DNA from: Pseudogymnoascus verrucosus
Taxonomy: Eukaryota
Strand: one strand, 5' to 3'
DNA: 64,000 bases
Assembly (NCBI GenBank): GCA_001662655.1
Contig: KV460219.1
The translations under genes and the position numbers were made by a program. Positions 50,340-62,255 of this stretch are shown in pieces. How positions within the stretch are numbered: position 1 is the first letter of the stretch; each line of letters starts with the position of its first letter. A model generated the notes under the pieces. That model was not told the origin of the DNA. It searched no databases and saw only the letters and a program-made list of their open reading frames with translations.

Positions 50340-50800
50340 GCTACTCCAACGTCTGAATTTAGGGCTATTGTTCCCTTGTCTTTTAAACTTGCCTCTAATA
50401 CCTCTAGGATTGTCTATAGTAGCAGGGGCATATTTATTTTTAATAACAGTAGTTAGGTCATTATGCTTGTCTTTAAAGCTTTTGTAGTATCTAACTAGGC
50501 GTTTAGTCTTTATTTTTAGTTGGAAACGCTCAACACAATTATAAAGGCGTTGAAGTAGACTAAATCGATAAATGCGTTCCTTCTAGGGAGTATAACGACG
50601 ACAAGCTTGTTCTGCTTCAAGAGGGTACGATTTTAGCCACACCGGGGTGACAGGTACAGAGGAGTAGAGTGCTGTGTTTGAAAGACGTGGCGGCTTGCAT
50701 GGGAGAGCTTGGGGACATATATTGACGGTAGGAGCTGAGCTCGAAGTGCTAGGTGGGTAGCTGCCATAGTGGGTAGATACTCGACTGTAACGTAGTCGAG
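50340..50800 (-). pseudogene. TpA-rich coding-like relic of unknown family
   Basis: Minus strand reads RTLLKQNKLVVVILP*KERIYRFSLLQRLYNCVERFQLKIKTKRLVRYYKSFKDKHNDL...; enrichment in K/R/N and TpA suggests RIP-type G-to-A drift. Confidence 0.3.
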
Positions 50801-51507
50801 GAGCTGAGGGTTTCAGCAATGCCTACAGTATTCCTATATAACTACGTAGGCCCATTAGATAGTTTGATAACTCAATCGATTTGCTCTAGACACTGTACGC
50901 TATATACTGTGCCCGTATTCTGAAGCCTCCGCTCCGCCTGCCAGGTGATAGTTTCGGTGACCGGGGTTTTGGCCACCGTACTACGGCAAAACCCTTCAAC
51001 AGTGGCCAATCGCCAAAGCTTCGACACGTGATGAACTTTTAGGTGTTCGGGGCTGCGCAGAGCAGCAACTAACGCCAGCTGAAAACAGCAGCTCTGACAC
51101 TACAGCCTTGCATAATCTTATAATATATTTACAGATGTTATAATACCTTTCCTTGCTCCATCCGTATTTTAGACGGTCTACGTGATTTATAGGTAGTTTA
51201 AACGATTTGAACAGGACCGTCTGAAGACCGTTTAAAATTTATGTGGCGCGGCGGCAAGGGTCCGGCGGCGCAGCAAATGCAACAGTAGGGTCACGAGGTG
51301 CCAACATCTGGAAACATATTCTCTGTTATAACACATAAGGGCTGCCTAATTCTGTCCCTTTGAGGCCATCATCTAAGTAAACGCTGAGTATATTTCCTGT
51401 CTCCGTCCATCGCACACATCCTTCATCAACATTCATCTTAAACCAAGTCCTCTGGCTCTAAACCCCCTCAAACCCCTCATTGCCAACTCCGTCACCCGAG
51501 TGCAACC

Positions 51508-52418
51508 ATGTTCGACGCCGACAAATGGCGGCAGCCTTACCATCCATCACGACGGCATCCACGCCGTGACCTAACGCTGCGATACTTCGAGATCATGTTC
51601 TCTATCGTGGTTGTCGTGCTCTCATTCCCTTATGTCTTCCGCGTGCCGCCCAACTTGGTCGCTAGCTCCAAGTACCATGGGCGGCCCGACGGAGTCACAA
51701 ATGCATATTTTGTGCTCTCGATGCTATTTGGATTTTTCATGGTATGGCTTGTTCTCTCTTCCCCTTCCCCAATTTCCTTAGTCCCCAGCCAAGCTTTAGA
51801 TCCCTCTTCCTCCCGCTTTCTTCAACGGACGGCAACCAATTCACCACCCACCCACCCTTCGATTTCCCAACTGACAAGCTCCCCAAAAAGACTGCCCTCA
51901 CAATAATCATCTGCGCTGTGCGCATCTGGCTGCTGCACTTCCGCCCTGGCCGTGCCACCAGTACCTCGACCTCCCTCAACCAATTCAATGCCAACCCCCA
52001 CGACTCGCGGAATGTTCGCTGGATCATTCACCGCTCGCGTACAAACCAGGATAGCGGGCTGCTGCTGTTCTGGATCTTGTCGCTCATATGGTGGAACGTT
52101 GCACGAGTGCTTCCTATTGGTGCCCAGTATCCCGTCGTCAGCGACCTGCTGCAGATTATTATTAGTATTATTGTTGCCCTTCAAATGTGAGTTGCTTTGT
52201 GTTTCCTTGTGGGCCTTTTGGTGCTCATCTTCTCGTGGCCTCTCCCACACCGACGAGCCCGTGGCAATGGGCGAGCTGGATGAGCTCATGCTGTAGCATA
52301 GTGGTCGATGGTTTGGCTCGATCATGCAATCGGTGCTAATACGTAATTCAGTATCCTGCTCATATTTAGCCTGCGAATTGGGATGGCAGATTCAAGGAAC
52401 GCTCGAGCCGGGCTCTAG
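51508..52418 (+). CDS. Hypothetical small multi-pass membrane protein; predicted introns 51742-51890 and 52187-52351
   Basis: About four hydrophobic segments joined in frame by GTATGG..AAG and GTGAGT..GCTAAT..CAG introns; no recognisable family. Confidence 0.5.
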
Positions 52419-52712
52419 TTTGATAGGAGAGATATATATGATCGAGGACAGTAAGGATGTATGGGATGAAGAGAAGATGATGAGGGGAGGAATGGGAGGC
52501 AAATCACGACTAACGGCTAATTGTTTTATTTGGTTTATGGTATAGCAGAGTTGTTTGGATAGTTTGATCATAGGGTATCGTAACGTATTTTTATTAATAT
52601 ATCTTTTAAATGATACTCCTTTGGTAGACCAAATAATCTGTAACGTGACTAACCACTTCCAAAGGAAATATATGAGAGTTATAAAATATCGCTATCTTTA
52701 AGGATGTTTAAC

Positions 52713-52948
52713 TAGCGTGCGTCACGGGGGACTGACCTCAGACCGGACCATGGGGCGGTGGTCCGGTTCCAAATCTTCGACCCAGACCGCGGTCCGGTCT
52801 GAAGCTGAAGCCAATAACTCACGGTCCCCCACCGGTCTGCCAAGAAACCAGTGGTCCCCCATAGCGGTCTGGGCGGTTTGCCGTGGTCCAGGTTGGAAAG
52901 TCTTCAAACTCGCGGGTTGGAACCGTCGGTCTCCCGTGACGCACGCTA
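52713..52948. mobile_element. 236-bp non-autonomous hAT-type MITE
   Basis: TIRs TAGCGTGCGTCACGGG perfect for 16 bp (22/24 extended); 8-bp flanks TGTTTAAC (52705-52712) and TGTGTAAC (52949-52956); GC-rich interior with many GGTCC/GACC motifs inside AT-rich DNA. Confidence 0.88.
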
Positions 52949-53497
52949 TGTGTAACTTACTCAATGCTGTATTTCTTATGTTAGCATTACTATAGTTTGA
53001 GGCTTATGGAGCCGTTACCTGGGAAATCTCAAACGACGTCATTCCCTCTTGGGGAATAAGATGCCTTGTGTTTGAAGCCGAAAAAGGCCTTGCATCCTGC
53101 ATAGTCGACTTTTAATAACTTTTATTTAGGCGGATAGAGCTTTTGACAGCAAACAAAGTTATATTCCTCCGTACTCCTCACTATATTGCGGGGTTCTAGC
53201 GGCCGATCAATTAATTAGCCTGTAACCGACGCTCCGGCTCTTCTAAATTCCATCTAATCAATTCGCGGGGTCTCTCAAGCCCCTGGCAATTCGAAGTCTT
53301 GGCATCTACAACTCCCCCCAAACATCGATCGCCGAGACGGGGGATTTAATTCCGTATGGTCGGGCGAAAGCTCTTTTGAACCAGCACTGCCTCGTCGAAA
53401 TGGAATATAATCAGTAGGTCGAGCTGTCTCCTTTCTGCTCCTCTCCCTCCCTTTCTTTCTCACCTTCGCCACGAGTACCGTTCTCTCCATCCCCAAA

Positions 53498-54696
53498 ATG
53501 TTCCTCACTCTCCCCACCGTGGCGGCGCTCGCCGCCATCCTTCAAACCACCTACGCCGCCAAACCATATTCCACGTGGATGTCCGACACCTTCATCACCA
53601 AAGCCATCCCCCTCCCTCGCAGCTACCCCCAAGCAGTGCTCTACCGCGGCATCGAAGCCGTCTACAACGTCACAGGCGACGCCAGCTACTTCAACTACCT
53701 CCAAACCCCCCTCGACGCCATAGTCGACTCCAAAGGTAATCTCGGCGACGGCTACACCTCCTCCAAGCTCTCCCTCGATGACCTCCGCGTCGGTCCCACC
53801 TTATTATATCTCTACCGCGAAACCGGCGACGAGCGCTACAAAACCGCCGCGTCGCAGCTGCGCGCCCAACTTGATATCCAACCCCGCACCCCCTCAGGCG
53901 GCTTCTGGCACCGCAAGCCCGCTTACCCTAACCAAATGTGGTTGGATGGGATATACATGGCCCAGCCCTTCTATGCGGAGTGGACGGGCATGTTCGATGC
54001 GTCGAATGAGGAGATTTGGGATGATATCGTGCTGCAGTTTGATTTGATCGAGCAGCATTGCAGGAATAAAACCAGTAACCTCCTAGCGCATGGGTATGAT
54101 GAGAGTAAGGTGGCTTCGTGGGCTGATCCGGTGACGGGCGCGGCGCCGCATGTGTGGGATCGTGCGGTGGGGTGGTATGCCATGGCGCTGGTGGATGTGT
54201 TGGACTACCTACCCAAGGAGCACGCGGGGCATGCGAAGCTTGTCGGCTACCTGGATACGCTTGCTGATGGCTTGAAGAGGGCACAGGATAAGAGTGGAGG
54301 GTGGTGGTTGGTTATGGATGAGCCGTATCCGGGGATGAAGGGGAATTATATTGAGACTAGTGGGACCGCTATGTTTGCGTATGCCCTACTGAAGGGGGGG
54401 AGGTTGGGATATATTGACAGTGCGAAGTATCAGAAAACGGCGACTAAGGCGTATGACCTGTTGAGGAAGAAGTATGTGATTGAGAATTCAAAGGGGGAGC
54501 TGGATTGGGAAGGAACGGTTTCAGTGGGCAGTTTGGGGGGTAATGGGAGCTATGAGGTGAGTCGATCTGTTTCTTGGGGCAGATTTGCGATTGCTAACAT
54601 TGCCGGTAGTATTACATATCCCAGGTACTTACTCAGAATGACCTGAAGGGTGTTGGGACGTTCATATTCTTGAGCGTCGAGAAGGAGGCATTGTAA
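53498..54696 (+). CDS. Secreted GH105 unsaturated rhamnogalacturonyl/glucuronyl hydrolase (intron 54557-54609)
   Basis: Signal peptide; SLDD, GGFWH, QMWLDGIYM, HGYDE, WDRAVGW, ETSGTAMF; last exon NDLKGVGTF. Confidence 0.92.
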
Positions 54697-54825
54697 GCTT
54701 GAGTTCGGTAGGCATATGACCCTGGCCGCTTGAGATCTCTGGAATAGGTATGTATGTAGCTAGGTCATAAAATATTGTCATTCTGTCTTTAAGTCTAAGG
54801 TAGGAACACATGGGCAGCTTTTAAT

Positions 54826-56530
54826 CTAAATAACTGATACCTCCTCCGCGTGTCCCGCACGCTCATCATCCTCCTTAAGATCCCGTCCCTTATCCACAAA
54901 TTCGCCATGCGACGAGTTGTTACCAATACGCGCATCCCTAGCCATCTCCCTCGCAATCCTCGGCGGATCAAAAATCGACTTAGACCTCGTAAACACCTCA
55001 TCGATCTCCTCCAACGTCCTCCCGCTCGTCTCCGGAAAGAGGAAAAACACAAGTGGCAGGATACAAAAGTTCGTCACCGCAAACACAATGTAATACCGGT
55101 TTTTGATCGAGCTGAACCCAATCGGCGTCACCTCCGCCAGCAGGAAATTCGTTATCCACACCATCGCCGTCGATACCGAGTTCACCGCCGCGCGCAGCTG
55201 CAGTGGTGCGATCTCAGCTGCATACACGAAGGTAACTCCCGCGAACCCAACCGTGAACATGAAGCTGAAGATGAACAAACAGATCACCGCCACGATCAGC
55301 GCAGCATCCCCCGCACCCTCCGACGTCGTCCCCGCAAGAATCGCCATCATAACCATCATAACCGCCGCGCCCGCAATCATCAGAACACGCCTTCCAAGAC
55401 GATCAATAGTCAATGACGCGATATACCCGCCCACCGGCTGCGTGAGCGGCATCGCCGCAGCCAGAATCCGGGATTTCGTCGGGTCGATCCCGAGGTTCTG
55501 CTCGAAGATCGTGGTGGCATAGAAGGTAATCGCGTTGATGCCGTTGATCTGCTGGAACATCTGCGCCGCGGACGCGAGCACAGCGCGGTGAAAGAGGCGC
55601 TGTGGGCCCATGGTGAACATGTCTTTGATGGAGCCGGTGCCGCATGCGTCGAGCGAGGCTTGGATCTCTGCGATGTTGGTATCGATCGCCTCTGAGTCCT
55701 CGGGGATATCCTCTAGCACAGCGAGGATACTCCTCGCCTCCTGCAGGCGACCGACTTTGATGAGCCAGCGCGGCGACTCGGGAAAGAGGAAGACAAAACA
55801 CAACACCATCAGCGACAGCACGATCTGGAATGCCAGCGGGAACCGCCACGCCACTGCCGTCCCCCCCGGAATGAAGTAAAAGCCCAGATCAATCCATAAA
55901 GCTATCGATATTCCCGTTCCGATAAACGTCCCCAGTGTCGCGACGTCGGATCCGCGCTTCGCGGCGCTGGATAACTCGGATTGCCAGACTGGCACTGTGG
56001 CGACGTAGCCGCCGGTGCCGAGACCGAGGATCACGCGGGCGACAATGAATTGGGCGAGGGAGAAGGATGAGGCCATGAGGACGGCGCCGAGCAGGGAGAC
56101 GAGGGTGGCGGCGAAGATGATGCGGCGGCGGCCGTGGACGTCGCCGAGGTGGATGCAGGCTAGAGAACCGAAGATACCGCCGACGGTGTAGAGTGCTACG
56201 ACGGTGCCTGCGGATGTCAGAATGTCTCTCCATGCCTTGCATTTCTCACTCGTCCTCCACATCCCACGATTTTTGGTTCAAATAGTCCTCATATGAGGAA
56301 GGGCAGAGTCAATTGGAAAACAAACCTTGAATATTCGAATTATACAACTGCGCCTCCCCCTTCGTATGCAACGTATCCATCTGCGGAAACGCCCTCACAA
56401 ACGCATCAAGCGTCAGCAACCCCCCCATAACACCCTGATTATACCCATAGCACAAGAACGCGGGACACGTTACTAGCCAAATAGCAGCAGTATTGAGGCG
56501 CGGCCCCTTCAGCCCAAAGTACGGCGCCAT
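54826..56530 (-). CDS. MFS sugar porter family transporter (intron 56325-56208)
   Basis: GYNQGVMGG, DVHGRR, VPVWQSE, WRFP, PESPRWL, QQINGIN, DRLGRR, PETSGRTLEEID. Confidence 0.93.
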
Positions 56531-57462
56531 AATGTGATTGCGAGCGGGCGACGTCAGGTATATCCACGTGTCGTGGGTATTGAGTTATGACGAGCTATTT
56601 GCGGATTGAGGGGGGGCATATGGGGGTGTATAAATGGGCTTGAATTGCACATGGAAGTCCAGCACCCGGATAGCGGCGTATTCCTAGCGTGGGTCCGAAA
56701 AGGGGGGCTATTCCAAGCTGGCCCGTCGGGTGCCCTGGGACCCCACAAAACAAGCCGGAAGGCGCATTCTTATCTTGCGCGCGCGGATCATAGCTCCTCT
56801 AAACGACGATGCCGCGGTTACAAGGCTAAGCTCCAAACGGTGGTGACGATGGTGCCTGGTGAACGTTTTTTGTTGCTCGGTTGGAGTGTCTGGCGGTTGG
56901 GGGGGAGTGGGGTTATTTGTGGAGAATGCGGGGGAGGAGTGCGGGGAAGTGGGGTTGGAGGCGAAGCCCGGTGCTGGCTGTGTCGGTAATGGCCGATAGG
57001 GTGGCGGTAGTTGGGGATGTGTCTTAGATGAGGATGTTGATGAGATTTGGGCTGTGTAGGGAAATGGGGATGTTGTTGGTGGCGTTGGGTGGGAATTGGA
57101 AGGTCGGATTTGCTACCCGAGGTTGGTTTTGATGGGAAACGCACACATATATAATTAAAAGCTTATATGACGTAGAAAAAGGCGCAGCAGGTTAACAATT
57201 GAAAACCTAGCTTATGAAAAACAAATATATGGCTTAGTCTGTCGCGTGGTCCGGTCCGTCCACCTCCCGTTCAATGGCATGGAGTAAAACAGTTTCGTTG
57301 AGGTCCGCAGTGGACTAGACCTCTAAACGTTATTTCGAAGCTCCCCATGGGGGTTTCTATTATTCACTCCGAAATGGGGCTATCAGTCAATTAAAACCTG
57401 GGGAATCGGAATCCCCGAATTCTCTAAAACGCTGGAATCGGGAAGCGAACGGTGCATAAAAG

Positions 57463-57905
57463 TTTCCGAGGAAGCTGCAACTGAGCTATTGCTTGGTAAT
57501 CGTTCCTTCAATATCCATAACGAGGTTGTGTAAATGGAAAGAACGATTACTAATAAAGCCTCAGTCGCAGCTTCCCTTATAACTTTAAAGATATAAATAC
57601 AGAAGGTATGATTATCAAGCAAGCCTCAAAATCGCAGCTTCCTCGGAATCTCCAAGTCGTAATACGGAAGGTATGATCATAAAGCAAACCTCTATCACAG
57701 CTTCCTCAAAAGCTTTCAGTCCCTATATATGGAAAGAACGATTACCAACCAAGTCTCCATCGCAACTTCCTCGAAGCCTTCAACTTATATATATGGAAGG
57801 AACGATTACGAAGCAGTGCCTCAGTCCCAGCTTCCTTAGAATCTTCAAGTTATAGATGAGGAAGGTATGACTATCAAGCAAACCTCTATCGCACCTTCCT
57901 TGGAA
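57463..57905. repeat. Degenerate ~65-bp tandem array (6 units) preceded by one inverted unit
   Basis: Units start ~57535, 57600, 57665, 57730, 57794, 57859 with consensus GGAAGGWAYGATTAYCAAGCAANCCTCNRTCGCAGCTTCCT; the reverse complement of a unit lies at ~57463-57515. Confidence 0.85.
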
Positions 57906-58274
57906 ACTACAGTAGAGTCAAGTTAAGTCAAACCAGGCCAAGTCAAACAGGCCAAGTCAAACAGGTCAAGTCGAATCACGTAAGTCACATCAAGTCAAAC
58001 CAAAAATCTACACGTCAAATCTCAATCAATTCAAGTTCTCAAGTTCTCAAACTATTACCCTACATCCCTAGTATATCCTCCCATCCCACCATATCCGAGC
58101 ATGTCCCAGCATGTCCCACCCAAACTCCCCTATCCCCCAATCCATCCGTGAACCCATCAATATCCATGCACCTTCCCCCCCAACCAATCCAGACGCCCCT
58201 TATAAAAAAGTCAAAACCGCCTCCCAATTCCCACCACTCATCTCACAAATCTCCCCATCCCTCTTAGATACAAC

Positions 58275-59594
58275 TCAAAACCCCCTCGGCGCCCTACCCC
58301 TAATCCTCGGCACCGCAGACGCAGTCTCAGACTCAGGCTTCGCTGTATAAATACTACCCATCTGCATAACCATCGTTCGCGTCTCTGTGACTGTCTCCTC
58401 GACTATCTCCGTCACTGTGCCCATTCTCTGTCCTGAGGCTGAAGTGGGTGTAGGTGTGGTGGCACTCAAGAATGGCGTGACGACTGGTCGCGATTGGGAG
58501 ATGCTGGATTGTTGCTGTTGTGCCGATGATGCGCGAGTCTGCGTGTTTTCCGGGGCGTTGGCGGTGACGGTGACGGTTATCATAGTTCCTGGCGCTGTGA
58601 CTGTGACTGTCACGCCGCCCACGGGTGCAGTGGCGCTTGGATTGCTTGGTGTAGCGGCAACTGATTTGGAATCCGACTCTCCACTGCTCGAACCCCCCGT
58701 GCTGCCATCGACAGGAACCATAAACTGCACATCCATCTCCCCCTCAATCGCGGCATTATTGATATCCTGCCCCTTGATATACTCCACACTCCCCTTCGAC
58801 GATGTCAATTTCGCCGACGCCCCGGTGGAGGCAGAAGAATCGATATCAACATCCATACAACTCGTATAAATCTCCGGCATCGCCGCAGCCCCATTGATCG
58901 CCGCCGTCGGCCAATCCCACACCCAGTACAACGTGTACCTCTCACTATCGATACTAGCCGGGAGCTTGACATCGCTCTGACACCACAGATTCACTCCCAT
59001 CTCCGCATCCGCTTCCTTGGGGAACTCCTTCTGTCGCTCCAACGAGATCGGGTGGCTGTTAACCTGGTAACACTGCCCGTCATCATAATTCCTCGTCGCC
59101 AAAAGTACACCGCGGCCATCACCCCCTTTACCATCCGCGGTCCAGACTTTATGGATATCCATGAATTTGTCAGTCACGAGCGGCTTCTCAGTGCCGTAAA
59201 TGTACACCGTCCCGCGATTCTTCGGCTTCCCCGGGTTCGTCTCGGGAATAGTCACATGTCCATTTTCCTGGTACCTCAGCGCGACATGATCCCCCGCCCC
59301 TGCTGTCAGACGCGGCAAGCCGGGTGTATTGAGGCCGGGAACAGATTGCGAGAGCATGCACATAGGGTCGGTAGCGAGGAGTTTATGAGGGGAACGCCCG
59401 TTGGGGGGAAGAAGGTGTGTGAGTGCTGTGTCGGAGAATAGGGGGGAGGAGCGGGCCACCATGCCGCGCGGGTAGCCGGGGGTGGGGGTGAATGTGCCGT
59501 TGGGGTTGATGAGGCGGAGTTGCTCGATCCAAGTATGTGCTGATGTGCCCGGGAGGAGGAGAGAGAGGAGCGCGAGAAGGGCGGTAGGATGCAT
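58275..59594 (-). CDS. Secreted protein with predicted N-terminal His, LPMO-like motifs and Ser/Thr tail (family recalled as DUF7492)
   Basis: Signal peptide ending TSA then HTWIEQ; LRYQENGHV; YTLYWVWDWP; EIYTSCMDVDI. Confidence 0.8.
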   Translation of the reverse strand: MHPTALLALLSLLLPGTSAHTWIEQLRLINPNGTFTPTPGYPRGMVARSSPLFSDTALTHLLPPNGRSPHKLLATDPMCMLSQSVPGLNTPGLPRLTAGAGDHVALRYQENGHVTIPETNPGKPKNRGTVYIYGTEKPLVTDKFMDIHKVWTADGKGGDGRGVLLATRNYDDGQCYQVNSHPISLERQKEFPKEADAEMGVNLWCQSDVKLPASIDSERYTLYWVWDWPTAAINGAAAMPEIYTSCMDVDIDSSASTGASAKLTSSKGSVEYIKGQDINNAAIEGEMDVQFMVPVDGSTGGSSSGESDSKSVAATPSNPSATAPVGGVTVTVTAPGTMITVTVTANAPENTQTRASSAQQQQSSISQSRPVVTPFLSATTPTPTSASGQRMGTVTEIVEETVTETRTMVMQMGSIYTAKPESETASAVPRIRGRAPRGF

Positions 59595-61931
59595 GGCTAG
59601 GTAGTAAGAGTGTCGTCCTGCGACTTTTTGGTGTGTGTGTGTGTTTGCGGGAGAGATGGCTCTCTATTTTTAGTTGTAGTATTTTGTTTGCGTAACTAGA
59701 ATGTGCTTTGAGTATTCTGCGATTATAAGATTTTCGAAGAAGTTGCCGAAGATTGAAAGGGCGAGCGATATATAGCGAAGAAATGAATAGCGCTTTCGAT
59801 GTGTGAATGAACAGCGCGGGCAGTCCAGCTGCTACTGTCCAGCAGGTGATAAAGAAGAGGAGTCAGAGAAGAAGAGGTCTGAATGGGAGTTGTTCGGGAC
59901 TAAAGCTTTCATCTTGGCATTGTCGCCGGTGGCGCAAATAAGATGGTTGGTTGATGTCCTGAATGATCAATATGAATATTGCTTGTTTGAGGGTGATTGA
60001 TGGTTTTTCTTTCTTATTGTCGATGATATTGAATTGATGGTACAGATGGCATTGGTGTTCCAGACAAAGGGAACAACAGAAAGCACAATGGGACGACAAT
60101 GATAGACAATAAGAGTGAATAGGCGGGTATGCCTGGGGCAGAGCGTCTTTATGAGTAGCGACAAAGGACGACGATGGGTGGGTTGGCGCGTGACCAAGCG
60201 CGCGCGCGTGTAGGTGTGACAATGAGAAGGGCGTTTGTTTGTTACTCATCAGAGAGGCGAAACACGTAATTATGGAGATTTGTCCCCATAATAGGAGAAT
60301 AAGCAAGGAAATAGAAGTGGGAATAGGGAAATGGAGAATAGAAGATCATTTTTGGCCGACCCTTAATGTCCAGCCGCCATGATGGGGACGGCGGCGGTCG
60401 CAACAACCCCACACCCCGCCGTGCCGCCAAGGGGATGGTCGTCAATCAAGCCCAGACCAAGGCCTGTCACCCAATCAGTTTCGGCGTCTCACAACCGTCT
60501 GAATCGCCCCTCAGTCAGGGATTAGGGGATAATTTAGCATCCATGTGGGTACTTGTGTTTAGTACGACATTGTAGTACGAAACACAAGTACCCGCGCGAA
60601 TTAAACAGCAACCACACCCCTAACAAAACCCCAACAAACCCTGTCAGCCAGCCATTGTCCCTGTCACTCCCGGCGTCTGAGGCGTCGAAGCCACAACTGC
60701 CAGCCACTAACAGCCACTGACTGTCCACTGACAGCCATCACCAACCATCACTAAATGGTCCCTCCGTCCACCCCCATCCACCCCCAGCCATCCCCAGCCA
60801 GTCACTCCCCCGGCACTCGTCTGGTACCTGACTTACACCCTTGTTGCACCCTACCTTATCCGTCTTATCCGTCATCGACGTCGCATGCACCACCCCACAA
60901 CCACACACGTCAGCGTCTACAGGCCTGCGAACGCATTTACCAGCGACAGGTCTGGGACAGCCTTGTGCTTCATGATGGGAGGGGTGGAAGGAGGGGTTGG
61001 AGGGGCGAGAGGGTGTTGTGGGAAGGGGGGTTCATCGCATTCTGGATGAGCAGCTGCCACGGAGGGAAGTGGACGGGAGATAGTCGGCGCACGACACGGG
61101 GTCAGGGCCAATCAAAGATGCTTGCGCGGCGACAAGGAGGTTGATCGCGAAACGGCGGGACTCGTACACGGAAAAGAGGAGAGAGGGATGGGATTTGATG
61201 GTTGGTGGAAACTGATCGTTCATGGCCGTAGGTTTGTTTAGGAGGGGCGGGTTTAGCGTATTCGTGCCACAGTAGGCGCGGACATGGTAAATGAAGGGAT
61301 GGGGATAGTTGAGGAGGGAGAGTTGGATGTTGGATGGTTGGTGAGAGGAGGACAGGCAATGGTCGCCGATCACGTGGTTGGGTGGTTTTTGTTGACAAGT
61401 GTTGGAAGTGTTGGTTTGTTGGCTATGAAGGCAACACGAGGGCTGAAACGACAAAGACCATCACCATGAAGATGGACACTGACGAGCTGAGCGTCTATAC
61501 CCAACACGCAAACACATCATATCACGTGTTGCGCTCTTTCTCATTCGTTGAAACGAGGAAGGTGCGACAACTAGGGAAGCGACGACCAGCCCAGTCGCCC
61601 CTTCCCAACCAAGCGCCTCATATTTCCTATGTTCCTTCCCTCTCTTCTCCTTCTCCCTCGTTCCTTTCCTCCTCTCCCACTTGTCCATCGTACCTTCCCT
61701 CCTTCCCTCGCTCCTTCATTTTCCCAGTTCCTCCCTTCCCTTGCTCTTTCCTTCTCCCAGTTCCTTCCTTCTCCTCGCTCGCTCTTTCTTCGCTGCTATG
61801 ATCTTACTAACAGAATCTCACCACTACCAATGACTTTGCAGGGACGGCAGATATCTCAGCACTATATATCCAGCCGCTCGATATAATATACAATTTGCAG
61901 GTCCAGTCTGGTGTTTCTCGTAAGGCTGAGT

Positions 61932-62044
61932 GATCCCGATCCTGAAGGAAGCTTGGTACTCTACACTGAGAGATCCCGATCATGAAGGAAGCTTGGTACT
62001 ATACGTGGCAAGCTACTCTGAGAGATCCCGATCACGAAGGAAGC
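61932..62044. repeat. Three copies of a ~40-bp unit starting GATCCCGATC...GAAGGAAGC
   Basis: Copies at 61932, 61972 and 62024, upstream of a TATAAAA box at ~62150. Confidence 0.85.
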
Positions 62045-62255
62045 GGGGTGCGTGGGATACGTGGGATGCCAAGCTCAACATACTGAGCATCCAATACTTC
62101 TCGTAATATACTGAATCCTACTGCTGCATGTCAAATTCAGCCCTACGTATATAAAAGCCGATCACCCGTGACCGATCACCCCCCTTTCAATTCTAGCTTT
62201 AGTATCGCCACTACCATCAACACCCTCACCCCCAATTCCACTCCCACCTACCAAA

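Noticed and set aside
57915..58050. AAGTCA-rich iterations
   Set aside because: Simple low-complexity sequence downstream of a gene.
59600..61900. Many short ORFs in a 2.3-kb gap
   Set aside because: Purine/pyrimidine-skewed low-complexity intergenic DNA with no coherent gene model.
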